A stretch of DNA of 64,000 nt from Hormiphora californensis (Eukaryota > Animalia > Ctenophora): NCBI GenBank assembly GCA_020137815.1, contig CM035359.1, positions 2,480,001-2,544,000 on the forward strand, given 5' to 3'. The position numbers and the translations under genes were made by a program. A model generated the notes under the pieces. It made no database searches. It saw nothing but the letters and a program-made list of their open reading frames with translations, and had not been told where the DNA came from. Shown piece by piece: positions 1 to 51,594 of the stretch (position 1 is its first letter; each line of letters opens with the position of its first letter).

Positions 1-294
1 ATCTCACTCCATCTCTCTCTGCTCCGTGATAGGAGGGCCATTTGTGCCATATACATTATACAGTGTAGTACTTCAGGGCAAGGGGAGGTAGTTTTGCTGC
101 CTTCTCCTTCACTCTTCTCAGGACTATTTCGATATTTTCACAACTATTTTCGCTACATAGTAGTAATTCATGGTTTTTTTCCACTTCTGACTTCACACCG
201 TAGAAGCTCCATGGTCCTATGTTGGATTATAGATAGGATAGGGGATAAAATATAGGATACAGGTTGGATTTTAGAATAGAAGGAAGGATAGGGG

Positions 295-296
295 AC

Positions 297-363
<67 letters not shown>

Positions 364-1000
364 AGATGAGAGAAAAGGGGGTGAGAGCCAGGAGACGCAT
401 AGATCGTGAACTGCCCATCGCGTTACGATCCGACTGACGATTTCTCCACCAGAGTACGAGACCTGATCTCGGAAGAGCGATATCAGCAGAAGAGCTATCA
501 ACTAAGAGAAGAGAAAGATGTAGATAATCTGTAGAGTCATACTGATGAATCGAAGATGAGGAGGAAGAACGATTAAGAAAGCATAGGCACATAAACGAGG
601 AGGAAAAAGGAGAGAGCAGGAGGAGAAGAGAGAGAGGAGGACGCAGAGAGAGAGAGAGGAGGAGAGAGAGAGAGAGCGAGAGAGCGGAGAGGAGAGAGAA
701 GCAGGCAGAGATGAGACAGGAGAGAGAGAGAAAGAGCGAGAGGCGAAGGAGGAGAGAGCGAGAGAGGTAGGGAGAGAGAGAGAGCGAGAGGATAGAAGAG
801 AGAGCGGAGAGATGAGGGAGAGGAATATGAGAGAGAGAGAGCTAGATGAGAGCTAGCCATAGCATTCCGCATCTAACCTCGAGCTCTACTCTGCCTCTAC
901 AGTCTCTCTCTGCTATTCTCTCTCTCTCTAGTAATCTCTCTCGCTCTATCTCATCTCTCTCTCGGCTACTCATATCTTTCTATCTCTCTCCATGTTTCTT
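295..1000. repeat. Degenerate (GA)n/(CT)n low-complexity region; other (GA)n tracts at 1683-1783, 2047-2117, 15075-15205, 42505-42772, 55779-55845, 58397-58520, 61140-61375 and 63596-63839
   Basis: Visible dinucleotide runs. Confidence 0.9.
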
Positions 1001-1698
1001 ATATCTTTCCATCTTTCATTTTCAAGAAATCTCTCCCGGTTGTTTCATTCAGTGTATCCACGGATATATATATAATATATCATGAACAGAACCCATATTA
1101 CGGACATGTGTATAACTTGAGCATTCACATTAATCAGTAATTAAGTAAGTAAATAGACATGAAGAGAGATGAAACACTAAAAAACCAGGGGGTTAGGTAG
1201 AGATATATCATGTCATCACTCTCGCCCCTCCTCCCCCTACACACACATGGTTGTTCCGACCTGCAGTAAGGCGCGAAGATTGACCAGTGAACACATGAGC
1301 GCTGGAAGAATTCTCTTCTAAACTCTCTAATTGGCGTTTACGCGTTAGGCTACACGCATACACGTGATATGTCACGAGGTCAAATTATCTCCCCTTCACA
1401 CCAAATAGCCCCTGACCCTTATTTGAAAGAAATGAGAATAGGGTCAGGCCAATGCTCTGACAGGATGACACCAAATAAAACCAAGAACTTGTGATCCTTT
1501 CCCACTAACTGATAGAATTGAAAAGAGAGGGTACAGCATTCTAAGCAAAATACACACATTTGATGACGTAGAAGGAGGAAATCCCTTCAAGGAATTATAG
1601 AGGGCGACGTATTTTAATCAGATTATGACGTGTAGGTAATGATACTGCGATGAATATGCAGTGCAGTATAATGGGAGGGGTGGAGAGAGAGAGAGAGA

Positions 1699-1776
<78 letters not shown>

Positions 1777-2045
1777 GTGAGAGAACAAAATCACGTTATC
1801 AGGCTCTAGCAGGATGACGACACAACTTCATCTACAGCTAGCTGCAGGACAGGAAAAAGATAAGGCCAAACTGAAGAGGAAGCCATTTCTAACAACGGAG
1901 ATTAGAAAATCTCTGAAGCCGTCGACATAAAAACCCGGAGAATATACACCATCCCCTCGCAAAGAACCAAACTAAACACAGACATGTACAAACAAATGGA
2001 GAGGGTATTACATACACATAGCCCAATATCCGGAAACTACTACCC

Positions 2046-2113
<68 letters not shown>

Positions 2114-2261
2114 TCTCATTCTCTGTAACTCATCCCCAACCTCAGAGAGAATGGGCTGACGAACTTCATCTACAGGAGTACAGGAAGTGAGTGATCTGAA
2201 CTTCATTCAAAATCCTACAGAAAGTTTTCTTGTTCGGTCCCGCAAACATTATCATGTGATT

Positions 2262-3096
2262 GGGGGGGGGGGGACATGTTAATTTTGTTAACTTTGTTAA
2301 TATTAACATCGAAAAAACAGGTGATTTATTAACATAATTAACAAAAGTTAACAAACATTAACAAATGCCATTTATACCATCTAAAGTCCCTTTAGCACGC
2401 GTTTTTTGGTATTGCACATGCTGCATGTTGTTCTGCGAACAAAGATGTTCCTTCTGCATGATTTGCATACCCCCAAGCCGTCTACTACAGCCTTCCCACA
2501 ACGATTTGTTCCATTTTGTAAATTCGAACAAAAACTAGCCAACCTGAACCGCAATTGAGGTCAAATGACACTAATCCTTATTTTCCAACCTTAAAAACTT
2601 AATAAGACTCATAAATTTACCTTCAATCGAAAAATATCCCAAAAATAATTTTTTCTAAAAAAACACAAGGATTTGTAGCGAAGCAAATTCTCAATTTTTG
2701 ACCAAAAAAAGCAATTTTGGGAATTTTTTCGTATTTTTCAAACAGAAACGTTGTACATCACTTTCTTTCGTCTGAAGAATGGATTATCAATGAAAAAATT
2801 ACATTTTAGTGACATTTTACACGCTAAATTGAAATATTCGTACTCTTTAAATTTTGATCGATTTGGAGCCAAAAAACTTGTATGTTGGACTTTGGTTATC
2901 GGAGGAGGGCTTGCAGGGGTATACAAACGTTAGATAAGTTATTAAACTACAAAATAAAATCAGTTAAAGTCGTATTATCAACCGATAACACCAATATTTT
3001 AGCATTTGTTAATTTTGTTAATTTTGTTAATTAACGTTAATTAACAAAATCGGAAAAAAGAGGTGATTTATTAACAATTAACATGTCCCCCCCCCC
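2262..3096. mobile_element. 835-bp non-autonomous DNA transposon with poly-G/poly-C termini and 8-bp TSD (Merlin- or MULE-like; superfamily uncertain)
   Basis: G12-ACATGTTAATT ... AATTAACATGT-C10, flanked by the direct repeat ATGTGATT (2254-2261 and 3097-3104). Many subterminal TTAAC/GTTAA motifs. Confidence 0.85.
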
Positions 3097-3217
3097 ATGT
3101 GATTATACAATTTTCTTCCATGAAAGGGGAATGGTTGGATGAAGGTGATGATTAGGGTCTCAAATAAGGATCTGAAAAATAGGAATACGTTCCCAATTGC
3201 TAGCCCAATTATCCTAC

Positions 3218-43076
<39,859 letters not shown>

Positions 43077-43391
43077 ATCTTCACCCTATTTTGAAAAATT
43101 GGTTTAGAAATACGACGTGGTAAGAGGTTTAAAAAACAGTCGAAATTTGTGGCTGAAAAACAGCGGAATTTCTGTGAGAAAATTGTCGAAATCTATTGTT
43201 CTAAACTGGGAATCTTTTTATTTTCCGAAACCTCTATTGTTCTCAAAAAACGTGCTAACCAGCTAGGTTTTCTTCAACCTAATTACAACTGAACGACCAC
43301 CTGGAAACTGAATTAGCACATTCCAGTTAACCACCATTTAAAAGCCCCTTCATACTTCTCTCAGTTACCCAAACTCATCTACAATCTCAAC

Positions 43392-43755
43392 ATGAAGTTT
43401 ACTCTCGTCCTCATCTCTCTGGTTGGAGCCATCGCGGCCATCTGTCCTCCCAACTACATGATGCCCTGTCCCCCGAAAGAGATGGCCGTCCTTGATGATT
43501 CTCTGGAGGATGGTTTCAAGTTTATCGACTTCGAAACTCTTCAGGAGTGGGTAAGTGATCTGTTCTACTTAAAAAAACCTCTCATTTTCTGGACAGAGTT
43601 CATTAAAATGATGTCTAAACCCCTCTCTCCCTCCTCAGATTGCCAAACTGATTGAACTGAAGCATGATATTCTTTGTAATGGAGATATCCCCTTCCCCGT
43701 TCCTCCCGAATACCAGATTGCTATCATGCTCGCCAAGCAAATCCTCTGCCACTAA
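43392..43755 (+). CDS. Small secreted protein (91 aa, 2 exons, 4 Cys), unknown function
   Basis: Exon 1 is 43392-43550 (GTAAG donor) and exon 2 is 43639-43755 (pyrimidine tract plus CAG). Product: MKFTLVLISLVGAIAA-ICPPNYMMPCPPKEMAVLDDSLEDGFKFIDFETLQEWIAKLIELKHDILCNGDIPFPVPPEYQIAIMLAKQILCH*. AATAAA near 43878. Confidence 0.75.
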
Positions 43756-43930
43756 GATATTGAAACGAAAGAAAGATGGGGAAATGGAGGCTCTGTGGTG
43801 AACAACTTTCAATTCCTTTTCGAATGAAACAGGATATAATATAATGATTGATACGTTCTAAACTAAAGTGTTACTTGAATAAAAAATGTCACTAAAACAT
43901 AACAAAATTGGTATGAAATAAATTCAAAGC

Positions 43931-44027
43931 TTGGTAACGAAGTTACCCCTCTGTCGAGGGCATAGGGCATTGCGATAGTAAGGCACGTTTTAGCGTGCCC
44001 GCAATGTAGGGGGAACTGCGTTACCAA
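43931..44027. mobile_element. 97-bp MITE with 9-bp TSD
   Basis: ATTCAAAGC|TTGGTAACGAAGTTACCCCT ... GGGGGAACTGCGTTACCAA|ATTCAAAGC. Confidence 0.8.
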
Positions 44028-44553
44028 ATTCAAAGCCTGAAAATGCAAATGAGAAAGTTTTGTCTTCGTACAGATTCTGTATAACAGGCATCAGTTCTTC
44101 ACTGCACACTGCACAGAGCCTCTCCTCCGATCTAGTATAGATTAGGGCACGATTATAATCTGGGTGCCTTCCAGCCTGTTTACTGGTGCGCGCTACGAAA
44201 AGAGTACACTTAGACCGACTTTTTTCAAACGGCTATCGCCACGAAACCACATAGCCAATTTGAGTAAACTAAACGGTATCTGTTAGAGAATCGATAGCCC
44301 TAAGTCGTAAATTATGGTTTTGTGTGTAGCATCCAGATTTAAAAAAATACCGCGCCGCGGTCTAAGTGTACTCTTTTGGTAGCGTGCACCTGTAAACAGG
44401 CTCCAAGGCACCCAGATTATAAAGTCCGTTTCAAGCGACTTGACCCGTAATTCTTGGAATTTGGCGCATTGCGTGTGTATTTACAAAGGGGAAATCCTGA
44501 ATTTCCAGGAATCTCAGGTCAAGACGTTTGAAACGCACTTTAATCGCGACCGA

Positions 44554-44585
<32 letters not shown>

Positions 44586-45535
44586 ACGTTAAAATCTGGG
44601 TGCCTTCCATTGCTAACATTTCATCGATTTTGGCGTTCGAGACGGGTTAGGGCTGTTGCTAGGATCGGGTTAGGGTTTTGTTTGGGGTTATCGGTTAGGG
44701 CTATAGATACCGATTAGTTTACTCAAATCAGCCATGTGGTTGCGTGGCTATAGCCGTTTGAAAAAAGTCGGTCTAAGTGGTTTTAGGTGTACTTTTTTGG
44801 CAGTGCGCACCTGTACACACGCTTCAAGGCACCCAGATTTTAATCGCGCCCGGCGGGGGGGGGGGGGGGGGGGGGGCAGCGTTAAAATCTGGGTGTTTTG
44901 GGAGTGCTGACAAACGGTTTTTTAGGGTTAGGGCTAAAGTAGGGTTAGGGTTAGGGTTGGGGTTTGGGTTGGGGTTAGGCCTTGACATTCCCTACCAGAT
45001 AAACTTTGAATCAGCCAAAACGGTTCCAAACACCCAGATAAAAAAAAACACCCAGATCGTAACGGGGGGGGGGTCAAGAGTTGGAGCTTTTAAAACTTGG
45101 GGCGCGGCGCGGTATTTTTTAAATCTGGATGCTACGCGCAAAACCATAATTTACGCCGCGCACGCGCGCGTACGGTTTTTTTCGCTTGAAGAAAATAAAA
45201 TCCCACTTCAAGCAAATTAAAGGTCCTCCCAAACTATTATGTCCCTTGCTGCGCGCGACCGGATTTTAGACAGCCATAGCTCCACCCCCTGATGAGATAG
45301 AGACTTGAAATTTGTTTTGTGAGGAGATCATGTCGAGTTCTTCCTACAAAACAAATTTCAAGTCATCAGGGAGTGGAATTATGACCGTGGGAAATTTCAC
45401 AAAACCCGAGTGAGGGACATAGTAGTTTGGGGAGTACTTTAAAGTCGGATTTTTTGAAACTGTCACCCCCCTGGAGTTTTCAAATTTCTTTAAATGACCA
45501 TAAGTCCGGTTCCTGATGAGATAGAGACTTGAAAT

Positions 45536-46888
45536 TTGGAGGTTACGAAGATCTTGCTAAGTTCTTCCGAACCTCCTTCGGCTGACAAGAAGTCGAAAAA
45601 GGAGCCTGTGAAGACCGTGATACCTGAATTCCTGTTGGCGGAAGCACCTCCCCGCGCCAAAGCGGTCCTTGAGTTCTACAACAAATTGGAATGCAAGGTG
45701 GACGCCCTGTTGAGCGAAAGTATCATCAAGATCAAGTCTAAGTTTGGTGCACCGTACATTGAAGAACTTGCGACCTACCTATCTCTGGACATTCGGCAAA
45801 CAGAAAATGAGAAGGGCTACAGAAACATCCCCCTCTTAATCCACCGCTGTCTTCTGAAAGCCAGATCATATACCCCGAGTAAGTGTGGGGTCTGCTCGGA
45901 ATATTACTGTGTCGAAAAGGACACTGTACCCGTTTTCACCTGTTGGATGTGTTTTCAGGGAAGCCACGACTGTGAAGGAGTGGCCAAAATCTTCTCCACC
46001 CTGTACACCATCACTCAGCCACTGACGGGATTTAACTGGACCTGCCACTCCTGTACCGAGAAGGGTAGTCTCGATCTAATGTCGAGGATACCTGTTATCC
46101 CGGGGAAAGATGATCCCGTGGTAGTACCAGTTGAAATTATCACCCCAGACGTTACTGAAGAAGCTGTATCTGGCGAGGGCTCAAGCAGGGAATCATCTAA
46201 GGTCCCTTGTGCATTCCTGGCAGAAGGCTACTGCAGACACGGGATATCCGGTAAAAAGGAAGTGAATGGGGAAACCTGCCGTTTTCTCCACCGTAAAGTT
46301 TGCAGGAAATTTAGACTGTACGGATCTCATTCCCGCCATGGCTGTAAGTCGGGTTCAAAGTGCTCTAAACTCCACCCAAAACTATGTGAGGGCTCACAGC
46401 GGAGAATGAAGGAACGACAGTGCTTAAACCCTGATTGCCCGCATCTCCACCTAAAGGGTACACGAAGGAAAGAGGAAAACCCTGAGAGGAAAGAACGTCA
46501 GGAAGTTGTTAGGACAACACGGCAACCTAACACTCACACCACTGACCAGAGAGAGAGAGTGCAGGATGAACAACTCCCTCTTAGCGGCTCACCATTGCGA
46601 CCAGTTTCGCAGCAAAACCCTGGACATCTACAATCGGGTTTTCTGAGCATTGTCTTGAAGGAGGTCAGGAATGCAAGAGAAGAGTCACTGAGGCAAGCGG
46701 ACAGAATGGAAGAAATTCTCTCCCAGCTTGGCCCCACCCACAGCGAATCAATGCTGCACAACCAGCTGGCCCACCACTTACAAGCACACCCGCCGGTGCA
46801 GTACACCCTACCTACAGGTACCCTCACTCAAGGAGTACATCGTCAACTCCCGACCCAAATACTGCCCTCTCAAAGATTATCCTACTAA
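45536..46888 (+). CDS. LINE ORF1 with a PHD-like finger and CCCH zinc fingers
   Basis: PHD-like CGVC..CWMC..HDC..WTCHSC. CCCH-type CAFLAEGYCRHG..CRFLH, CRKFRLYG..CKSGSKCSKLH and CEGS..CLNPDCPHLH. No ATG at the 5' junction. Confidence 0.8.
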   Translation: MEVTKILLSSSEPPSADKKSKKEPVKTVIPEFLLAEAPPRAKAVLEFYNKLECKVDALLSESIIKIKSKFGAPYIEELATYLSLDIRQTENEKGYRNIPLLIHRCLLKARSYTPSKCGVCSEYYCVEKDTVPVFTCWMCFQGSHDCEGVAKIFSTLYTITQPLTGFNWTCHSCTEKGSLDLMSRIPVIPGKDDPVVVPVEIITPDVTEEAVSGEGSSRESSKVPCAFLAEGYCRHGISGKKEVNGETCRFLHRKVCRKFRLYGSHSRHGCKSGSKCSKLHPKLCEGSQRRMKERQCLNPDCPHLHLKGTRRKEENPERKERQEVVRTTRQPNTHTTDQRERVQDEQLPLSGSPLRPVSQQNPGHLQSGFLSIVLKEVRNAREESLRQADRMEEILSQLGPTHSESMLHNQLAHHLQAHPPVQYTLPTGTLTQGVHRQLPTQILPSQRLSY

Positions 46889-49800
46889 ATGGGAGAAGTA
46901 TTTCACCGGCTGCAGGGGGGAACACTCGGTGGAAACTCCCTTTCATCGAGGCTGTTTTGTTAAACAACCCAAACTCCCCGCGGACAGTTGCCCTTGCAAT
47001 AACGGAGTCATGGTTGAAAAACTACATTGCAGATGCCCAAATCAAAATGCAAGGATACAGCACCTTCCGTTCTGACCGTCCTGACCGGAAAGGAGGAGGT
47101 TGTGTTTTGTACATTCGTGAGGACATCCCAATCAGCTACGCATACTCATTCAGTGACCGGGAATGCAGTCTGGTATTGGCTTTTAGTAAAGCAAAAAACA
47201 TGTTGTTTTCATGTGTCTACCGTCCCCCCGACTCATCTGACCAGTCCTTCATCACAGTTATGAATGATCTCCAAGATAAAATCGATCTCCTGTCCAATGA
47301 AAGGAGCCCTGAAATGTTTATCATGGGCGATCTAAACTTGCCGTTGTTCAACTGGAAAGAAGAATCCCTGCCGTCAGCTGCTGCTAACATAGCGGCTTAT
47401 CAACGCACTGTGAACTTCATTGAGGAAAATTTCCTAACTCAGGTCGTAGACAAACCAACCAGAGGAAGTAATACTCTGGATGTTATAATGACCAACTCAC
47501 CCCAATACGTATCAACTGTGACAACCGAAGAGACAAAGATTTCTGACCACAGGATAGTTAACTGTACTTTAGTGATAAACCCCCTTATGGAAACAGCAGA
47601 CACCATCAAAAAGTGGGACCACATGAGTTTCCGAGGGTTGGACATTCAGAAAGCCAACTTTGAAGATATGAATGTAGACATTGCTTCTGTTGATTGGGAC
47701 GAACTGCAGGCATTATGTGAGGAATCTGGAGACCCTGTTGGTGACAAATTCAAAGAACTTTTCATTCTAACTGTTTTGCAAATCACCATCAAACACACAC
47801 CTCAGAAGGTTCAGCGGAGGAAATTCAGCCCCCTGGAACCACTGAAAAGGAGAAGGCGGAAACTAAAAACAAGACTGGAAGCAATCTCTTCTGTCAATGT
47901 TAACATCTCCAAAATCGAAGCACTCGAAAACGAGCTCACAATACTTGAGGAGAAGATAAAACACTCTGTGGATGAATCAATCGAGAAGAAGGAACACAGC
48001 GCTGTTGATACGATCAAGGTCAACCCACGATATTTCTTTTCCTACGCAAAACGACTATCAAAAGTTAAATCGAACATTGCCCCTCTCAAACGTGATGATG
48101 GAACACTCACCACAGACAACACTGAAAAAGCGGAACTCCTGCAAAAACAGTACTGCCGTGCTTTCAGTGATCCAGACGGTGGAGACTTGCTGAAAAGTCT
48201 TTCTTGGGTTGAGGATAGCAGTGCGATTTTGGAGGATTTCACATTTACGTCTGATGACATTAAAGGAGCCCTCTCAGAACTTGATCCTGCTTCTGCCGGA
48301 CCAGATGGTGACATCCCTGCTAAAATTCTCAGTGCTTGTAAAGCCACTCTTGCTGTACCACTCTTTCTTCTTTGGGAGCGGTCCTTCGAAGAAGGAATAA
48401 CACCCCCAAACCTGAAAAAGCAGTACATCACACCAATCTTCAAGCGTGGTGACAAAACTCTTGCTGTTAACTACCGCCCTGTTTCACTGACTTCTAACTT
48501 GCTAAAAACATTTGAACGAGTTGTACGAAACAAGTTGGTGGATCACCTTGAAAGTAACAATCTTCTACCAGATAGCCAACACGGGTTTAGGAAGCAACGA
48601 AGCTGTCTCACACAGTTACTTGATCACATGGACGGAATCTTTCGAGAGCTAAACAGCGGGAACGAAGTCGATGTAATCTATTTGGACTATTCCAAAGCCT
48701 TTGACCGTGTCAACCATGCTATTCTTCTTGCCAAGCTGGAAAAGCTAGGCATCAAAGGGAAAGTACTAAATTGGATAAAAGACTTCCTTTCTGGTCGGTA
48801 CCAAACAGTTACTGTTGACGGTGAAAAATCGAACTTTGAGCTTGTAAAAAGTGGAGTCCCTCAAGGGACCGTACTCGGACCAATCCTCTTTATCATCTAC
48901 GTAGCTGATCTCCAAAGCCAAGTAATCCACAGCAAAATCAGAACCTTTGCGGATGATACCAAGCTCCAAAAGAGTGTCGACTCGGAAGAATCAGGAGCAG
49001 AAATGCAAGAGGATCTACAGCGTGTGGTGGAGTGGTCTGCAGCCAATTGTATGACACTCCATGAGGACAAGTTTGAGGTTATTCACTATACTCTGAACAG
49101 AACATCCCTTCTCAGAGAACTGCCTTTCACCCATGACCTTAGCTCATATGTGACTCCAGGTGGAAATGAAATACAGCCAACGGATACAGTGAAAGACCTT
49201 GGCATCACTCTATCAAACAATGGCTCTTGGACAGACCATGTCATGAGGATCTCATCAGAAGCACGAAGGATGGCCGCCTGGGCACTGAGAGCTTTTAAAG
49301 ATAGGTCAGTAACCACTATGCTGACACTCTACAAGTCACTAATAAGGTGTAAAGTAGAATACTGCTCACCTTTATGGTCGCCCTACAAGATTGGTGACAT
49401 CCAGGCGCTGGAGAGTATCCAGAGACAGTTTACCCGAAGGATCGAAGACATGGCACAACTTGACTATTGGGAACGGCTGAAAAAGCTTAGACTGATGTCA
49501 TTACAACGACGGAGGGAGCGATACTCGATAATACAAATGTGGAAAATCCATAACGGTGCAGCCCCTAACAGCACGAATACCCGGTTTTACCATCATCAAC
49601 GGCTCGGCATCCGAGCCGAAGTACCTACTCTTTACAGTGGAGCACAGAAGTCATTCTCAACAAAATACTTCCACTCTTTTACTGTAAGGGCCGCTCGGCT
49701 ATGGAACACATTGCCGAAAGAGGTTAATACAGCAGTGACCTTAGATACGTTCAAGATCCTGCTGGGCCGTTGGCTGGACCACTTCCCTGACAATCCACCT

Positions 49801-49957
49801 GTGAAGGGTTATTCTACCCGGAACAACAATTCTATCATGGACTGGGTTTTGGAGGTTCGAGCTAAAGGGGGATGCTGAAAAGACTGACACCGGTTACGAT
49901 TCTGTAATAAAGTTTATTTATCAAGTTTTTTATCAAGTTTTTTATCAAGTTTTTTTC
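45537..49957 (+). mobile_element. Non-LTR retrotransposon (CR1/L2-group LINE), probably slightly 5'-truncated
   Basis: ORF1 plus APE-RT ORF2, short 3' UTR with AATAAA, and a tandem (TTTTTATCAAG)n tail. Inserted in the centre of a palindromic MITE (arms ~45441-45535 and ~49955-50038). Confidence 0.92.
46636..49878 (+). CDS. LINE ORF2: apurinic endonuclease plus reverse transcriptase
   Basis: APE motifs IILLN, AITESWL, VYRPP, MGDLN, TLDVIMT and SDH. RT motifs NYRPVSLTS, QHGFR, YLDYSKAFD, GVPQGTVLGP and FADDTK. The frame is open from about 46585, in the -1 frame relative to ORF1. Confidence 0.92.
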   Translation, partial: GFSEHCLEGGQECKRRVTEASGQNGRNSLPAWPHPQRINAAQPAGPPLTSTPAGAVHPTYRYPHSRSTSSTPDPNTALSKIILLNGRSISPAAGGNTRWKLPFIEAVLLNNPNSPRTVALAITESWLKNYIADAQIKMQGYSTFRSDRPDRKGGGCVLYIREDIPISYAYSFSDRECSLVLAFSKAKNMLFSCVYRPPDSSDQSFITVMNDLQDKIDLLSNERSPEMFIMGDLNLPLFNWKEESLPSAAANIAAYQRTVNFIEENFLTQVVDKPTRGSNTLDVIMTNSPQYVSTVTTEETKISDHRIVNCTLVINPLMETADTIKKWDHMSFRGLDIQKANFEDMNVDIASVDWDELQALCEESGDPVGDKFKELFILTVLQITIKHTPQKVQRRKFSPLEPLKRRRRKLKTRLEAISSVNVNISKIEALENELTILEEKIKHSVDESIEKKEHSAVDTIKVNPRYFFSYAKRLSKVKSNIAPLKRDDGTLTTDNTEKAELLQKQYCRAFSDPDGGDLLKSLSWVEDSSAILEDFTFTSDDIKGALSELDPASAGPDGDIPAKILSACKATLAVPLFLLWERSFEEGITPPNLKKQYITPIFKRGDKTLAVNYRPVSLTSNLLKTFERVVRNKLVDHLESNNLLPDSQHGFRKQRSCLTQLLDHMDGIFRELNSGNEVDVIYLDYSKAFDRVNHAILLAKLEKLGIKGKVLNWIKDFLSGRYQTVTVDGEKSNFELVKSGVPQGTVLGPILFIIYVADLQSQVIHSKIRTFADDTKLQKSVDSEESGAEMQEDLQRVVEWSAANCMTLHEDKFEVIHYTLNRTSLLRELPFTHDLSSYVTPGGNEIQPTDTVKDLGITLSNNGSWTDHVMRISSEARRMAAWALRAFKDRSVTTMLTLYKSLIRCKVEYCSPLWSPYKIGDIQALESIQRQFTRRIEDMAQLDYWERLKKLRLMSLQRRRERYSIIQMWKIHNGAAPNSTNTRFYHHQRLGIRAEVPTLYSGAQKSFSTKYFHSFTVRAARLWNTLPKEVNTAVTLDTFKILLGRWLDHFPDNPPVKGYSTRNNNSIMDWVLEVRAKGGC

Positions 49958-50578
49958 AAGTCGCTATCTTATCAGGAACCGGAGATATGACAAATTTTGT
50001 TATTTCAGGGGGGTGACAGTTTCAAAAAATCCGACTTTACAGTTTTTATCATTGTTAAGTGTCTACACCTATTTATATTCAGGCCGATGTTGGCCGCCAC
50101 CCCCTCTTTCCAGAAAAAGAGGGCCAGCGTTAAAAAAAAACTTCAAGCAAAGTTCGAAAGTCAAGTTAAAATTGCTAACAGCTCATCGTTTTTGGCCGTC
50201 GAGACGGGTTAGGGCTACCCGTTAGGGCTTTGTTTTGGATTATCGCTTAGTACTATCGATTATCTATCAGATACCGTTTAGTTTACTCAAATTCGCCATG
50301 TGGTTGCGTGGCTTTAGCCGTTTGAAAAAAGTCGGTCTAGAAATATAGACCAAGCTTGGCTAGCGCTTCTCTTCGGCTGTTCTCTCTTCCGCAGCATCGC
50401 TTCGGCTGTTGAAAAGTGATGCCAATCGGTGTTGGGGTTCGTGGATTTCTCCTGGGCTGTCGAAAAGTGATGCCAATCTTTGTTGTGGTTCTTTTACCTA
50501 CCGCTTTAGAAAGTGGTAAATGGTATAACGTTTATCCGTTAACCCCGGTAGTGAACCATTTATTTTTAACACTATTAA

Positions 50579-51594
50579 GGCCAGAGGGGGGGGGGGGTCG
50601 ACCGATTTTTGACCCCCATTTTGGGCCATTTTCGGGGTTACCATCATGTGATAGCGCTTGGTATACCGGACCAGATGGATATGACAAAATGTGTTGTGCG
50701 TGAACGGTCTGGGAGAAAAATGGGGTTAACTTTTGGCCTGATATCAATGTAAACCCCATTATTTTACGACTGGTAGGGGTAGGGAGATCTGACTAAGTGT
50801 CAAACGCTTTGTCTTATCAAGAGGAATCACTCTACAAATTTTTAGACCATAAGTCCAACTGGTCTTTGAATTATTTGGGGTTAACAGAATCTGGAAAAAT
50901 CGACATTATGGCTCCCCTCTAAACCCCATTTTTGCACAGGACTAGCCAATTCCTGAAATAACGGCTAGGATCTAGACCTTGTCGTTTGGTACACTTGTTC
51001 TACAGACCTAGGAGCCTGAAACTTATGAAGCGATTTTTGATTTAGGTCCCAGTTTAAAAATTATGGAGGTTAACGTGGATTTTTTCTCGATCAAAAATGT
51101 GTTAACCTCCATAATTTTTGAACGGGGACCTAAATCAAAAATCGCTACATAAGTTTCAGGCTACTAGGTCTGTAGAACAAGTGTGCCAAACGACAAGGTC
51201 TAAATCCTAGCCGTTATTTCAGGAATTGGCTAGTCCTGTGAAAAAATGGGGTTTAGAGGGAAGCCATAATGTCAATTTTTCCAGATTCTGTTAACCCCAA
51301 ATAATTCAAAGACCAGTTGGACTTATGGTCTAAAAATTTTTAGAGTGATTCCTCTTGATAAGACGAAGTGTTTGGCACTAAATTGAATGTCCAAAACCCT
51401 ACCAGTCCTAAAATAGTGGGGTTTACATTGATATCAGGCCAAAAGTTAACCCCATTTTTCTCCCAGACCGTTCGCGCACAACACATTTTGTCATATCCAT
51501 CTGGTCCGGTATGCCAAGCGCTATCACATGATGGTAACCCCGAAAATGGCCCAAAATGGGGGTCAAAAATCGGTCGACCCCCCCCCCTCTGGCC
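50579..51594. mobile_element. ~1-kb near-perfect palindromic MITE, TTAA TSD (Kolobok-like)
   Basis: TTAA|GGCCAGAGGGG ... CCCCTCTGGCC|TTAA. Confidence 0.85.

Larger units (their letters stand above)
44153..50339. mobile_element. Nest of foldback elements with poly-G runs and TTAGGG-like tracts enclosing the LINE
   Basis: ~100-bp inverted repeat 44211-44310 versus 50240-50339; hairpin 44153-44422; GGGTTA-like repeats at 44643-44700, 44921-44978 and 50205-50227. Confidence 0.55.

Noticed and set aside
227-2250. S/L- and R/E-rich ORFs, and a possible further nested gene
   Set aside because: The ORFs derive from (GA)n/(CT)n tracts. Exon-like patches (~1025-1135, 1810-2010, 2130-2190) could not be joined into a consistent frame or recognised.
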